DNA of 64,000 nt from Massalongia carnosa (taxonomy: Eukaryota). Made by a program: the position numbers and the translations under genes. The stretch's first letter is position 1; the number at the start of each line of letters is the position of its first letter. Below, one piece after another: positions 25,626-38,917 of the stretch. Below the pieces are notes generated by a model. The model did no database searches and was not told the origin of the DNA. It worked only from the letters and a program-made list of their open reading frames with translations. The DNA is taken from assembly GCA_965645245.1 (NCBI GenBank), contig OZ287077.1, forward strand, positions 1,674,001-1,738,000, in the 5' to 3' direction.

Positions 25626-27205
25626 ATGGATTTAAGGTCTCTCTCATATCTTGAATTGCCACCCACGGTAAGCAACCGATATCAATCAAGCATCTTTCTT
25701 GACTCTGACTAGGCCACCAACTATATGCTGATTCTCTTCTCGCCCTCGACTAGGCTGACTTCCACTCTCATCTTCGAGAACAGTCGATGATGGAACTCTG
25801 TACACCTCTTATCAAGAATGGTGGATGTGACACTATATACGTGATGCCAAATCTTCGACCGCCAATAACTCAAGTTTCTGAAGCCATCTCTTACCATAAA
25901 ATGCTGTCCCGCTTAGCTCCCGAAGTAACATTCTTGATGTCTCTCTTTCTCCACCCTAGTATGAACGCAAACGTAATTATCGAAGCTGCTAAATCGAAGA
26001 TAATACATGGGGTAGGTCTTCAACTCTTCAAGGATAGCAATATACTGACTTGGCGCCTAGGTCAAGTTGTATCCAGCTGGAGTATAGTTTCCTTTCCTTG
26101 AGCATATCTAAATCAGCTTATCTGGTGGAGTAGGACCATGCTGACTACTGAACCAGGTGACTACTAACTCAGATGACGGAGTTCTTAATATAGAGCAATA
26201 CTACTCTGTGTTTGAGGCGATGGAAGCAAACCATTTGGTTCTAAATTTGCATGGTGAGATGATAAGTGCATCGCCAGGGGTGACAAGCCTTAACGCTGAG
26301 GCCATGTTCATGCCCCAACTGTATAAACTACACGCCGCATTTCCAAATTTACGTATCGTTCTGGAACATGTGAGCTCACAAGAGGGGTTAGATGCGGTTC
26401 TGCGATGCGGAGAAAAAGTATAGAATTCTATGGAAGATCTCACAGAAGCTATGAGTCTGGCTGACAGATGATACAGGTTGCAGGCACCATCACGGCGCAT
26501 CATCTATGGATGACCACCGAAGACTCTGAACAAGACGTTTTCAGTTTCTGCAAGCCTGTTGCAAAGGTATGTTTTTGAGTGCTGTATTCTCATTTATGAA
26601 TTCCTATGTATATGAGTGTATGTATGATTTTGCTCTTAATGCTTGTCCTGTTTGCGTTTCCACAGACGATGAGTAGTAGCGCTGCATGTTTCTCCCCCAG
26701 GAAGGCTTTGTATGCTAATGTACTATCAGACTCTAGCGGATCGCATAGCCCTTGTCAGAGCAGTAGTCAACGGTTCATCCAAGTTCTTCTTTGGTAAGTA
26801 AGTTCACAATGTAATACATGTGTTAGTCAAATTAAAGACAGCAAAGGGAGTGACTCGGCACCACATCCTGTCCAATTGAAGGAAACAGCTGGTGGGGCGG
26901 CAGGCTGCTTCACTCAAGGCTGGTGTTCTGCTCTTGTAATTAGCGCCTTAGAAGAAGGGATGGCTCAAGGATGGATTAGCAAAGAAGAAGTTACACGTGA
27001 AGCAATCGAAGGCTTCCTTTCAGGTTACGGACGGGCATTCTATAAGATCTCCCAGCCAAAAGAAACCGAATCACGGAAGCGGCGAATTCGGCTTGATAGG
27101 CGAGGCGAAACTATACCTAGGTCGATCACATCTCCAGACGGGACAATTGAGGTTGTGCCGTTCAGAAGAGGGCAGGAGATAATGTCGTTATCGTGGATCG
27201 AGTGA
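25626..27205 (+). CDS. URA4: Dihydroorotase (homodimeric type), multi-exon
   Basis: Motifs ADFHSHLR, YVMPNL, GVKLYPAGVTTNS, LNLHGE, VLEHVS, TITAHHL, FCKPVAK and FFGSDSAPH, joined across canonical introns. Confidence 0.9.
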
Positions 27206-28779
27206 CTAGAAATTGAAGACAAATTCGTTGACTCGTCCTATTGGACACTCGGTGTTAATTGCAACGCGATGAAAACGAGTAATGACTTCGAAAAAAAAGG
27301 GGGGGTTTAGGTTACAATATACAATACTAGAGTTGGGCGAGTCTATTGTTGCCTTCTTTCAAGCTCACAACCGGCCACCGCGAGGATGGAATCTCGATGG
27401 TAGTAACAGCAAAAGACAAGCTTCCTTGGATCAGCGCGAATCAGGATTCTGCTATCCAACCACAAATTTTAAATACCATAATTCTACAACTATGCTAGAG
27501 CCACTCCCTAACTTTGTTACATTCCTCTACTTATGCTTTCTTGTACCTTTGACATGGTTTAAGCATTCCTAGCAAGGTCGTCCCTTTCTTTCAGTTTGTA
27601 GCCACGAAATAGTCTAACTCTTTCTCCTGCATTGACCTAATTTAGCCATGCGTTATCCTTGCTAATATAGGAGTGTAAAATATCAATGCTGTCTGAAGTC
27701 AACCTCCGGTAGGGTTTCCTAAGCCTGCCAGAACTTTCAAATCGGTAACCAGCACGGTCTGCTGTTCCATAACATCGTTTCCCAGTCCTTCAGCGTACAG
27801 GGGTTTCCTACACTTCATTCTTCAGGCATTTAGAGTCTTAGCATTGTCCGGTGATCTGTTCTTAATACACCCTCTCCGAGCGCGACGACATTCTAGGAGA
27901 ACGAGTGGGCCTTTGGATGATAACTCCAACATAGAGCCAGCATTCTCTTTGTAACTCCATATAGCAATTCTGAGGCTGTCATCACATATCCCTAAAATCA
28001 TGACGGCAACACGTAGCAAGAAAAGAGAAGGCTCTACGCTTTTGTCTGGAACGGTGAGGAAACCTGACACACTTCTACCCTCAGCAGGAAACCCGAAACG
28101 ATGGCGGAACTGACAGGGCCAAGCCTCTCGAAGCGTAGAGCAGATGCTTCCGTGAGCAATCTAAATAAGATTTTTATCACAATAGACATTGAGAACATTA
28201 TTGACGTCTTTGCGAAAGCTTATGGTAAATACTGATAAGTTATACATTGTTGCCTTACCCGATTGGAAATTGCTTATCGCGCCGAATCTTATAGTTCATA
28301 ATTTAAGCTCTTCAGTCAGAGTTAGACCCTGAAGGCAGCAACATCTTGAGAGTTGGTGTATTTGCGTACTCGACCTGCAACAGGATATTTTGTTGACCAA
28401 AACTGACCGTGAAGCGTTTTAAGAAAGAAGTTCCTATACCTGATCATCAATGAAGTCGACTTGGCAGATCAGGAGGCAGCTAATGGTCTCTTGTGGTTGT
28501 TGACATCTCTAATCGTAAAGCGTACTACTACAACTCACTTCCCGAGTATTAATTACAGGAAGATGCTGCCAAAAACGCTGTTAGTGGAATCGGATATCTG
28601 CTCAGCGGGAAAGCCATGTACTGTAAACATACTCAAACCTATCCTCAAGTTAATGATAACCTCGCCGAAACAGACGCTGAATCATGTGGACCGTTCGTTT
28701 TAATTATGATAAAAGGGCTTTTGCAAAGGACCTTCAGCGAGGAAGGTTAACTGACTTCAAAAGCTCAGCTTCGCCATTC

Positions 28780-29520
28780 TGTGGAGCTCAAATACGGTTT
28801 AATTCTATGCATGAGCGGTTTGAGATTACATCGACGTCCCTCAACAGCAAAACCCACTCAGCTAACACTGTTTGGGGATGGAGCTATATCAGGATTATTC
28901 AGGACGTTGTGCTACTCGGCTTTTTCAAAGAAATATGAATATAAGGCCGGTATCTTGCTAGAAAAGGCTTGGTGTTCATCTTTTCAGGAGAACAAGAGAA
29001 GAGTATTTGTGCCAACGTTTTCATCAATATCATCCGTAAGCTATGATGTAATCTACAGGGTGGATCGTAAAAGAAGCAATAATGGGTGATCCAGTGTCAC
29101 AGGCCTTGTTGGCAAGCACTATTCCGAAAAATGGAGCAAGAAGAAGAAATATTCCGACGGGGAGCACTGTAAGAAGAGAGATACGAAAATGGTTGATCCA
29201 GTATCACAAGCATGAATAGCAAGGCATAACGCGAAAGAGTGAGTTGCAGATAAGAAGAGGGTCGGAATATCTGGAAGCTCTACTAAAGCTGCAGCAGATT
29301 GGGACAAAGATGCCTCGGCCGAGTGAACCAGATAACAAACAAAATCATGGGAGCGTTGTCTAAATTGCCTAAGATTCAAAATGCCGAATGAATTCGCCAA
29401 CTCAGATTCTTTGGCCTTAGATACTGGATTCATGACACGGGTTACGCTATTGGGCGATTCAACAAAACCGAGATTCTTGAAAGAACCGTGGCTATCTTTG
29501 ATGCAGTTAAATTGAAAGTG
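28780..29520 (+). pseudogene. Degraded coding-like sequence with an internal 36-codon repeat; family unknown
   Basis: MGDPVSQA (29082) and MVDPVSQA (~29189) are in the same frame, 108 nt apart, followed by several in-frame stops. Confidence 0.3.
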
Positions 29521-29760
29521 CCGAACTCGAAACGCAAAATAAACCCTGTAAAGGATCTTCGGATTGTTGAAGATCCTCGGGTAGTACTGAAAGCTAACAA
29601 GGTAGGATAGATGGTATGAAATTGAGGAACAGGAGTGAACGGAGAAGAGGCAAGGTACCTCAAAACGAGAAAGATGTTTTCAAAACGGCCATCAATTATC
29701 TCAAATCGTGGGTTGATAGCCGCAACACCAAGCGGGGCGTTTTTCAAGAGCTAAGCTTCT

Positions 29761-32080
29761 TGGCCCAGAAGTCTGTCGCTTCCTTTTTGGGTTAGCGCGT
29801 CTTGGCAGACATAAACAAACCTCCCCACACGCGCGTGACAAAAATGGCCGAACACCAAAACTCGTTTGACAGGCGATTTTTACTAAAGATTTTTCCAATA
29901 TCTTGCTTTGGAAATTTTTCTTAAATAACCACGCTTCAGTATAAAATATCATAAGGTTAAAACTGAATGTCAAACAAGCTGCACTTACAAAATTACAAGT
30001 TTGAAAAGCTTGTAAAATAATCTGATGTTTTTTATCAGACTGCAAACAAAGTAAAGTTTGGTGTTCCCTAATCGAATCTGAATATCCTCATCCATATAAT
30101 TTAAACTTCAATAATTATTCATAATATGAATGATAAAGCTGGTCATGAGGTTGCTTATGAGCTTCGATGCGCTATAGTTACTTGTAGAAATATTTTCGGT
30201 TGCACCTACTTCGAGATAGAGCAGAAGATTGGAGTAGTCAGGGGCACAGCTCAGACGCTCATGAAAAGAGCTCTAAAACGAGCTGGATGTGAGGATTTTC
30301 ACGAGGTCTTGGCCTATGTTGGCGTCATGGAACGGTCCGGTCGAGTGTCAAGAGTAGCAGATGGTACAGACCTTTCAGCAAAGATTCGGACAGCGATTCT
30401 TCAAAATCTCGATGTTAGATCTCAGCAAGCCGTTCTGAATAAAGAAAACATCACTGTTCGTGGCATGCCTCGAAATAAAGGTCCAGCACGTTCGATTATT
30501 GAACGTGTTCAGTATCAGCATGAGCATATTGTTGACGGAGAGATCGTTGGGGAAATCGTGCGAGTTGTTCAGTCTATCAAGCCTCTTCGTATCAACAAGA
30601 ACGAAAATCACAGAAAAAGGCTTTGTAAATGGGCCTCGGATCGAATTGACGATGGTGATATCTTTATATATAGTGACGAGGCCTGGCATGAAATTGGGGG
30701 CTGGCCCTCAGAGAAAAAAAGCAAGATTTCTATTGTAAAAGGTGCGGATCCTCATGAGCTTGCGGCTCTCGAGCCTCCTGTTCAGTTCATCATCATGCGA
30801 TGGGGATCAGTGACTAGTGAAGGTGTGATAGGGCCTCATTATCTCTGGAAAGCAGAGACCAAAGAGGAAAAAGACCTTAATGAATTGAAATTGAAAGAAG
30901 CAAATGAGCTTTCAGTGAAAAAGTTAGAAGATTAAAGAAAGAATGCCATCATTTTCGGATCATCCGAATATCGACTTCTTCAAGTAAGAAATTTCCACAA
31001 ATTGACCGAGAATTGCTAACAAATTCAGGACAAGAATTTCGCAGTTGAGTTACATAATGAAAATTTACGAATAGGTGGGATCAAAGGAAACAAAGGTCAA
31101 CAAATGAAATTTACTTTCGAAAAACTGTTCAAACATGAAGGCCTCGAACGTCGGGGTAAGAAGGGCGGAATAGACGCATTTCTCTATAGAAACAAGGTTC
31201 TTTTGCCTCTGCTATACTTATTCTATGAAGAGGTTCAAAGGGCCCATCCTGACAAAAAGGTGTGGTTAATTGAAGACAACGCATCATCTCACACCAAGGC
31301 CGCTAAGCAATGCAAGGAGGATTGAGAGAAACGAGGCATTTTCAAAGTGGATTGGCCGGCTATATTCTCCAGATTTAAACGTTATCGAGGGGTTGTGGGT
31401 CAGTGAAAAAAGACGATTGATGCCCGAATGGTTGAAAATTCGAGGGGTTGGAAAAGACGCTCAGAAGAAGGCACGAGAATTTCTGACAAATGCATGGAAT
31501 TCTTCCGAGTTAAAAGACCCAGCAAAGCATCTTTCTGCTGAATGGAAGATCAAATTGTGGCGCTGCATAGACGCAGAAGGCAGGAATAATTTTAGAGGAT
31601 AGAAACAATTTCTCTTGAACACATGCCTCCCTCTTTGTTTCATTCAAACAATTTCATATGAACGATTTTTTCCTCGATTCTTTCCTGACCGTTCTTCAAT
31701 CTCTGCTGAAACAAATCCTTATCCTGACTCTTTTTAAGCCAGCCCAAAAACATCGCTTGATTCATCATTGCAATTCCTATCTCGGGGACGCTGTCGCTTG
31801 GACGAAGTGAAAATACGACTCGTTCGTCGCATTGAGGGCGGCGATGAGAGGTCGGAAAGTTGTTCGGGCACCCTAGTAAGTGAGTATGATATAAGAAACA
31901 GAAGGACTATGATACTGACACACAAAATCAAAAGTTGTAGTCATGATGATGATTAGTTGACAAAAGAATGCTTCGATTTGATCATTTAGGTGGGAAATGT
32001 GGGGATAATGAAGCGATTCTATTGGTCAAACCCCATTGTACAACGCTAACCCAAAAAGGAAACGACAGACTCCTCGGCCA
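29761..32080 (+). mobile_element. Tc1/mariner-IS630 superfamily DNA transposon (inactive), ~2.3 kb
   Basis: A 37-bp inverted repeat (29761-29797 / 32044-32080, 3 mismatches) brackets a DDE transposase remnant. Confidence 0.85.
30126..31602 (+). pseudogene. DDE transposase pseudogene with intron 30984-31028
   Basis: Catalytic segments are IYSDEAW, LIEDNASSH and WPA/YSPDLNVIE. There are premature stops at 30933 and 31323 and a 1-nt frameshift near 31361. Confidence 0.85.
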
Positions 32081-33120
32081 CACGAGTAGGATTTAACAGG
32101 AAATCCATCACCCCCAAGCTAGGCCCTTTACTCGAGAGAGGCAATCAATTGCGGACCGTTGACGTCAGTGCATAGCTCAGGTCTAAAGGGGTAGGGAATC
32201 CCGCAACTAGATTCTCAGCAAAATGGATACGTTCCAATGGACAGACATCATTGTCACAAAATCGATATCCCTCATAGCGTCTCTTTTCTGATCCTTAACA
32301 AAATCGTCGCAACGCTGAAGACTGAGAAGCGATATTGCTCCTTGCAAGGGCTTGAAAGATTCTTTGCTGTCCAAAATTTTCCCCGCTGGAGCCAAAAATG
32401 TCACCTCTCTCGTATCCTTGGCAGCTGTATCAGGTAAATGCAAAGTTTATTCGTTCTTTTTTAGGCTCAAGTATATACATCCGCCTATGTAATTCTTTCT
32501 AGTATCTTCCTACGAATCCATCTAGGTAGGTACATGACTCCCTACCGAACCTCGTACTTGCCTTTCCCCTCCTAACCTATCCCCGTCTCTACCTTCCACC
32601 TCTCTCTATCTCCCGTATTAATTACCACGCTGAAGAGGAACCACAAAGAAGAATGAACATAAGAAACGTAGAAACCAGTCGAAGGACAATGGATCTCAAC
32701 ATCAAGAACAAAAAGGCTCGGGGGTGCGTATTAAGATGAGAGGATATGAGCACAGGAAATTTAGTGATATCGGAGAAGACTACTAACTAATGTTTATCTA
32801 TCTGACCAGCGAACAGCCAAAGGCAAAAAATTCAGGGCTTTTAGCCAGGTTACTAAATAATCGCAAGTTTTGGCTTCGGTGCTGCCAAGTGCCCCAGGAG
32901 AAAGAAAACCCCTGCTCCATATGAACTGGTATCTCTGAAAGTGTCAAATAACCTCTGTGCCCAAAAAAACCAAATACCAAAAACCAACCAACCTGCCCTT
33001 AATTTCCTGTAGCATTTGAGCGACCGATAGCAAGTAAGCCTTTCGCCCCTTACTCCCAGCCCTATTTATTAAATATTCCGAGCTCAAACGCCAACGTATT
33101 ATCAGCAACGTTAGATTGGT

Positions 33121-35294
33121 TCAAATATCCTTCTCCTGCTTCACGTATCCAGCCATGAGTCTTGCCTTTTTCGACTCTAGTTCTTGGATCCCAGAATTGC
33201 CGCCTCCAAGGTCCAACGCCACTCTTTTTCGTGCCGGTGGAGCTGTCATGGTTGCTTGACCCGTGATGTCCGCAAAGGTAGGACTCATGGCCGATGGGGT
33301 CTGCGGTGTTCTGGAGCCTGATTTTATGAGCCGCTGAGGAGATGGATGGTCCTTCCTCGACATGGACATAATGCTTTTAGAAGGCGGTGATTCGGAAGGC
33401 TGTCGAGGCTCCGTCATAGAGCGATCATGGTTAGCTATAGAGCTCATATAAGAAGCCCCTGAACCTGTATCGCTTGATGATGTTGCTGACGCATAGCGTG
33501 CTTCGCTATTCCGAAAGGTATTGTGAACGGCATTAGTAGGTGGGCAATTGAGTAAGTTCAAACTCCGGGCATTTTGTCTTTTATTAGTGGTCGGAGTAAT
33601 GCGAGAGGCTGCCCTTGCAAGTTCTTCAATTACATTCATCGCTGCAGGGCGCATTTCGCTTCTGTTGGTTATTGAAGATTGATTTGTCGGGGCAGCGTGA
33701 GGTCCAGGGTTCGTTGTGGACGAGGGTTGTTGTGAGCGTTGGGATGCAGGTTTCTTCTTGATAATCTTGGGCGCTTGCCTCAGAGTAGTGGAGCCATCGA
33801 TAGCTCCACGATGATACTCAATTGTATCAATGAACCTCCAAGCAGTTGTCCAACAAGGCTTGCTCAGCCGGATATCAGAGTGAGCCTCACGTAGATGCGC
33901 TCTAAGAGCAAGGATATCTCCTCTAAGCATCCCCTTGGGACGAGCTGCACCCTTTTGAGAAATCAAGCACGCAACGGCGATAAGCTCCAGTGGTGAAAAG
34001 GTCTGTCTCTTGGAGTAGTTGTTGTTTTCGAAAATGCTTGGATAGTCTTCAACCAAGTCTCGAAATAGCTCAAAGACAAAACGAAGATGCGATTTGGTGT
34101 CTGCGTCCAAAGATGGTGCATTGGAACAGAACGATTCAATTGATTTGAAGCTATTCCTAAGGATTGGTATGCCGTCTGCTGCAGCCGGATCAACGCACTC
34201 ATAAATCTGCAAGAAACAGACTAATATAGTCCTGAATCCGGAGGCTCGAGCTTGCTTGCATACTGGAGGGTTTAGCTAAGTACCCTTTCCTATAGCCACC
34301 AAAAGCACTCACAATTAACTACACTGGCAAAATCATGCTCATATAACTTTGCGAATTCTTGCCAGCTACCTTGAGTTGCGCGAAATGCTTCAGCCTTGGT
34401 GAGAGGTTTGCCAAGCTGGACACGCTGAAAGAGTTCGATCTCTTGTCGCTCTGAGAGACCTTTGTACTCAGTGCAAAGGATCTCAATCGCTTTGAATTCT
34501 TCTCTTGCCGAGTCAGGTAGAACGTTGACTTTATGGCTCCTCCCCGCTTTACTCTTCGGTGCACGAAAGTACCTTTAAGCTAACTCAGCATATCAAAGGG
34601 CTAGGATGGATTGCGTAAACGCTATTACCATGGTTTCTTATTAATCCAACATGGAAACTCCCCATTCATGAAATCGCGAATCGACGTTAGACGCTAGAAA
34701 TACAGTAAGTCTGGTGGATGCCGCTTATAGGCTACAAGCGGGTATTCACCTGCTTTCCATCTACGCAAGTTCGCTTGAACCTCAATACCCCATTGGCATC
34801 CTCTGTAAGCTCTAAATTAAAGATGACCTGTACCAGCTTAGCATTAGTCCAAGCTAGTGAATCTCAACAACCATACCGGGGGTATATAGTAGCCCTTCCA
34901 CATCGAATCAATGAGCAAACGCATCGCTTTACGCGTCCATACCACACCACGCTGATAGTGAGGTGCGAGATCAAGGTAGGGGCCATTCATGAGATCTTTA
35001 AACCATCAATGTGAGCTTATCTTGTGCTCTTAAATTAGAGTGTATACCTATCAGCTGAGATAATGTCCTTTTCGCATGTTCGAACGGTGGCATTTTGAGA
35101 CTTCCTCTGAAGACATTGTTTTCATCATGTCCATCATACTCTTCATTTTCTTCGTCATCCTCGTCATGGGACAGTCTATCGCTCACTAGCGAGTCATTAT
35201 CGTCGTGGTTAGCGCCTGGCTGCTCCACGAAAGCGGGTTCAATAATGTGATTTGATTTTCCCGGTCGATTTGTGCTCACGAAGCCAGAGGACAT
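33121..35294 (-). CDS. DUF262 (GmrSD/ParB-Srx fold) domain protein with a long low-complexity C-terminus, multi-exon
   Basis: Spliced motifs LDLAPHYQRGVVW, LIDSMWKGYYIPP|VIFN and CVDGKQ|RLTSI match the DUF262 signature (YQR..VW; DGxQRLTS). Confidence 0.8.
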
Positions 35295-35752
35295 CTCAAA
35301 GCCTGCTCAATTAGTATTAAAGTAGTGTTGCTTCACGTAGATTTAATGAGCGTATAGATAATTGAAGGAGAGTGTCGAAAAAAGAATGCCAAACTTTAAT
35401 TTTCCAGGAAAAAAAAGGTGAAAGATAAATCAAGAGTACGAAGATTATCAATTTAATCATCCGGTTGATATGGATATTCGAAGAAATTGATCAGACTTAC
35501 TTGATGGATCTTCGAGCCTTCAATTATTTTAATACGGCAAGAACTCAAGGAGATTTGAAATGGTGGAAATTGACGAACGCGTCGATATTTGTTGCGTTTT
35601 TGCATTTAAATAAAGCATAAAATTTCAAGGGTCTCGTGACGTATCTGTTCCTCGACGCTAGCTTAATTAGGGTGAAATAACAAATCAAATCACGCTTAAA
35701 ATGACGCTAGAAAATCTCCAACTCTTTAGTTCTCGCTCAGAATTAAAAAAAT

Positions 35753-37758
35753 TTAGTTACCTGTCCCGTTTCCACCCCTGTTTTCACTTTCACCTCCATT
35801 CACCCGATCCATCGCTCCTCTTCTCCCCTGGCCTCTCCGCTTGTCCCCCGTCCCTCTCCCACGATACCCTCCTCTGCCACCGCCTCGAGTCACCACTGTC
35901 TTTCCGCCTTTGCTACCCCCTCGCCCCCTTCCGCCGCTACGTCCAATATGAAACTCGATTCTTTTCAGAGGCTGTTCCACCCACTCATTGCCGTGCAGGC
36001 CTAACTCCTGCTTTTGCTCCTCTGTTAATCTCCAAGGCTGGAAGATGGCCTGCAAATCTTCGAGTGGCCGTAATTCCGAGACCCAGTTCTTTACGTAAGC
36101 ACCGGTGGGGTCATAGTCGTGGCCCTATGGAGCGGATGGCATGAGTATGATCGCAATATCAAACTGGGGTCAATCTTTTTGACGTAGGGAGATCAACAAA
36201 ACAAGAAATAAGATAACGGAGGAAATAGAAAATTGGTGTACCTGCTTGACGGGATTGAAAACCCTGGCTTCCCTAGGATCATTGCCCACGCCAGCGTTAT
36301 ACTGCCAATTTCCCCAGTTGTTACTCAGATCGTAATCGCAGAGTAAGCTCTCATACCACTCAGCACCAATCCGCCAATCAATACCTAGGTGCTTTGCCAG
36401 GAAGGAAGCGACGTTCTGACGCAATCGATTGCTGGTGTATCCAGTAAGGAACAGCTCTCGCATGCTGGCGTCGATGAAGCCCATGCCTGTAGTTCCTTCC
36501 AGGAATCGGTCAACCTTATGCTGAACCTCTTTGTCCTTTTGTGGATATTTCCATATGTGTGACGTATCGTTTTTGAAGCCTCCAATGCGAAAGAGGCGAG
36601 CACCGAACTTACGGGTTGCGAGGCGGAAGTAGTCACGCCAAAGAAGTTCAAATCGAACCGCCGCCGTGCCATGGTTTTCACCTTGCCCGTAACCTTTCAC
36701 ATCTTTTCCCAGCTCTGTTCTCGCGTCTTCAAAGTCAAGCAGATACCCGTGCACTTGCCGAGCGGAGATACAGCCAAGGGCAAGCCAAGCGGAAAGCTTG
36801 GTGCTAAAATCTAAGCCAAGCATGCCGTTTCGTGTGTCTTTGTAGGCAGTCATACTGCCGCTTGTGACAAGGTGCCTTAACCGCTCGTGACCAGTGGTCT
36901 CACCACCCTGGAAGGGATGCGCGGATTTGGCGCCTGATGGCATCTGGGGGGGGTTTGCAAGGCCGAGATTTGGCTGAAGCGGCTTTGTGAGGCATGCAAT
37001 CATCCCTTCAAGCGTCGAAGGGATACTGAAAGGCGTCGATTGTGATGGTATTGATGGTGGCAGTGGGGGAAGGGTGGATGGGCTGGGAAGAACATTACGG
37101 GGGAAATCTCGAAGTGGCTCCACCTGTTTCCTGTACGTTGTGAACACATCGGGTAGCTGACTAGGGTCGGTAAAAGGGACATCCCGACTCGACCTTTCAT
37201 CAGCTGCTAATTCTCATGAGTTCAGGTGGATGTGGCTCACTCGTCGATGTAGTATTTCTCGTCGATAAAAAGTTTGAAGTCCGTCTGGGCTTCGCTTGCT
37301 GCATTCCTCACATCCCGTTCTTCTCTCTTCTCTTCCACTCCTTCTTCTTCTGTCATCCATACGCCCACAACCTCGGTCTTCTCCTTTTTGAAACCATCGA
37401 GCATCTCTTTGACCACTTGAGCGACCATACCCACTCGAATCTCCAGCCCGCTACCAATACTGGCCAACGAATTTTTCACATCCCAAACACTCTCGGCCAG
37501 AAACTTGGCTCTGTGAGGCCCGCATCTCCAGAAGCCGGCGGCAACGGAGCGGGCCTCCGGAAACGGCGAACGCTCTGAATCCGATGAAAGAAAACCCGAA
37601 ACTTCAAGCTGCTGCGCGGCAAAAACATACACGGGCAAGAGATGCGTGTACGAATGCTGTAGCTGTTCGTATGATTTGGATATCTCGTGCAGTATTGGAT
37701 TATCGGCAAAACGCAAGTCTCGTCGTAAGAGATATATTAACACTCTGGAAGTAGACAT
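35753..37758 (-). CDS. Cryptochrome-DASH (photolyase/cryptochrome family), 3 exons
   Basis: Motifs LRRDLRFADNP, YKDTRNGMLGLDFSTKLSAWLALG, ELLWRDYF, TGYTSNRLRQNVASFL, NWGNWQYNAGVGNDPR and FNPVKQ|GHDYDP. Confidence 0.93.
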
Positions 37759-38917
37759 ATCTTGAGCTTTGTTCTTAATCTCTAGATTTGCAAATGTTGT
37801 GTATATTTATAGTAGTAGCTTGGTAAGGCGATTGATGATATATTCTGGAGCGTTGGCTGTTATGGATGGCCAGAACGGAATGCAATCAACAGCGGAAGGA
37901 AAGCAAAGCATGAATGAAGATCTCGAAGTCAGTGCCATTCAAAAGAGAAGTGTGAGCGATTGTAATGAAGTCGTGGAAGACACCGGGGATCGACAGGGCC
38001 CAGGACAGCTTTTACAACTTACAAGGAGATTCTGACTGGAGTGGTATTATCAAGTATCGCTCCTATTCTCCGCTAGTAGAAAGATTTTAGTGGAACGAAA
38101 CCTGGGGTGAATTGGATTTAGTGTGAAATCCGTTCTTTTCTCGCCCGATGACGGCAGCGAAAAGAATCGAGCACGTATTAGTATCGTTGGGATGATGGGA
38201 TGGATCGCAGCCCAGAAGGCAGCATCGAGCATTAGATTCTCACACCCTTGTCTCAATTAGTTACCGAACATTCATCGTCCCGGCGCACGTACATCCTTGC
38301 TGCACGATTGCCGAGCATCGTGGTAACTAACGTTAACGGTGAACTTGTCCGAGGCAAAAACGGACTGCACGGAACGAGTTGGGTCCAATCATTCATTGCG
38401 CCACTGCGATGGGATGATGACTGAACAGACCCGTGGCTTTGGGTGGTACGCTTGCATGTTTGGGAACGAAGCCATGCCCGCCATCATCGTCGACTCAGGC
38501 TAAGCCAGAGTACTCTGTACTCTGTACACGCACTCACAACGTGGCCGCCACCGGCGTATGTGTGCATTGGATGTTCTTAACATGAAGACACTCTAGGGAG
38601 ATTATACGTGCCTGACCAAGCCGTTGTGGGTGCAGGCGTCATGTTTTCACTTTCCCACGACTTCCAAAACCGGTACGAGGACTCAAACCTTGCCATACTT
38701 AATCCGGCACATGGCGCCGTCATACATTCACGCCTTCGTCCTACTTGAGCTGGAAGGGGAATTGGAGCAGGAAAGGCCAGAGGTTACGGGGAAGCTAAAT
38801 GGAAATTCATTAATTTTAGTCATCTTCGGTGCGGTGGAAAAGGATCTTCATAAAGCCACGTTCAACCATGGTCACCCCGTTCATGTGCCTCGATCGATCC
38901 ATAGACCTTGTTGAAGT

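Noticed and set aside
26600..26729. Extra acceptor (TTCCACAG) inside a dihydroorotase intron as a micro-exon or stwintron
   Set aside because: The simple GT-AG splice already gives the conserved KPVAK-T..DR frame, and no good matching donor follows.
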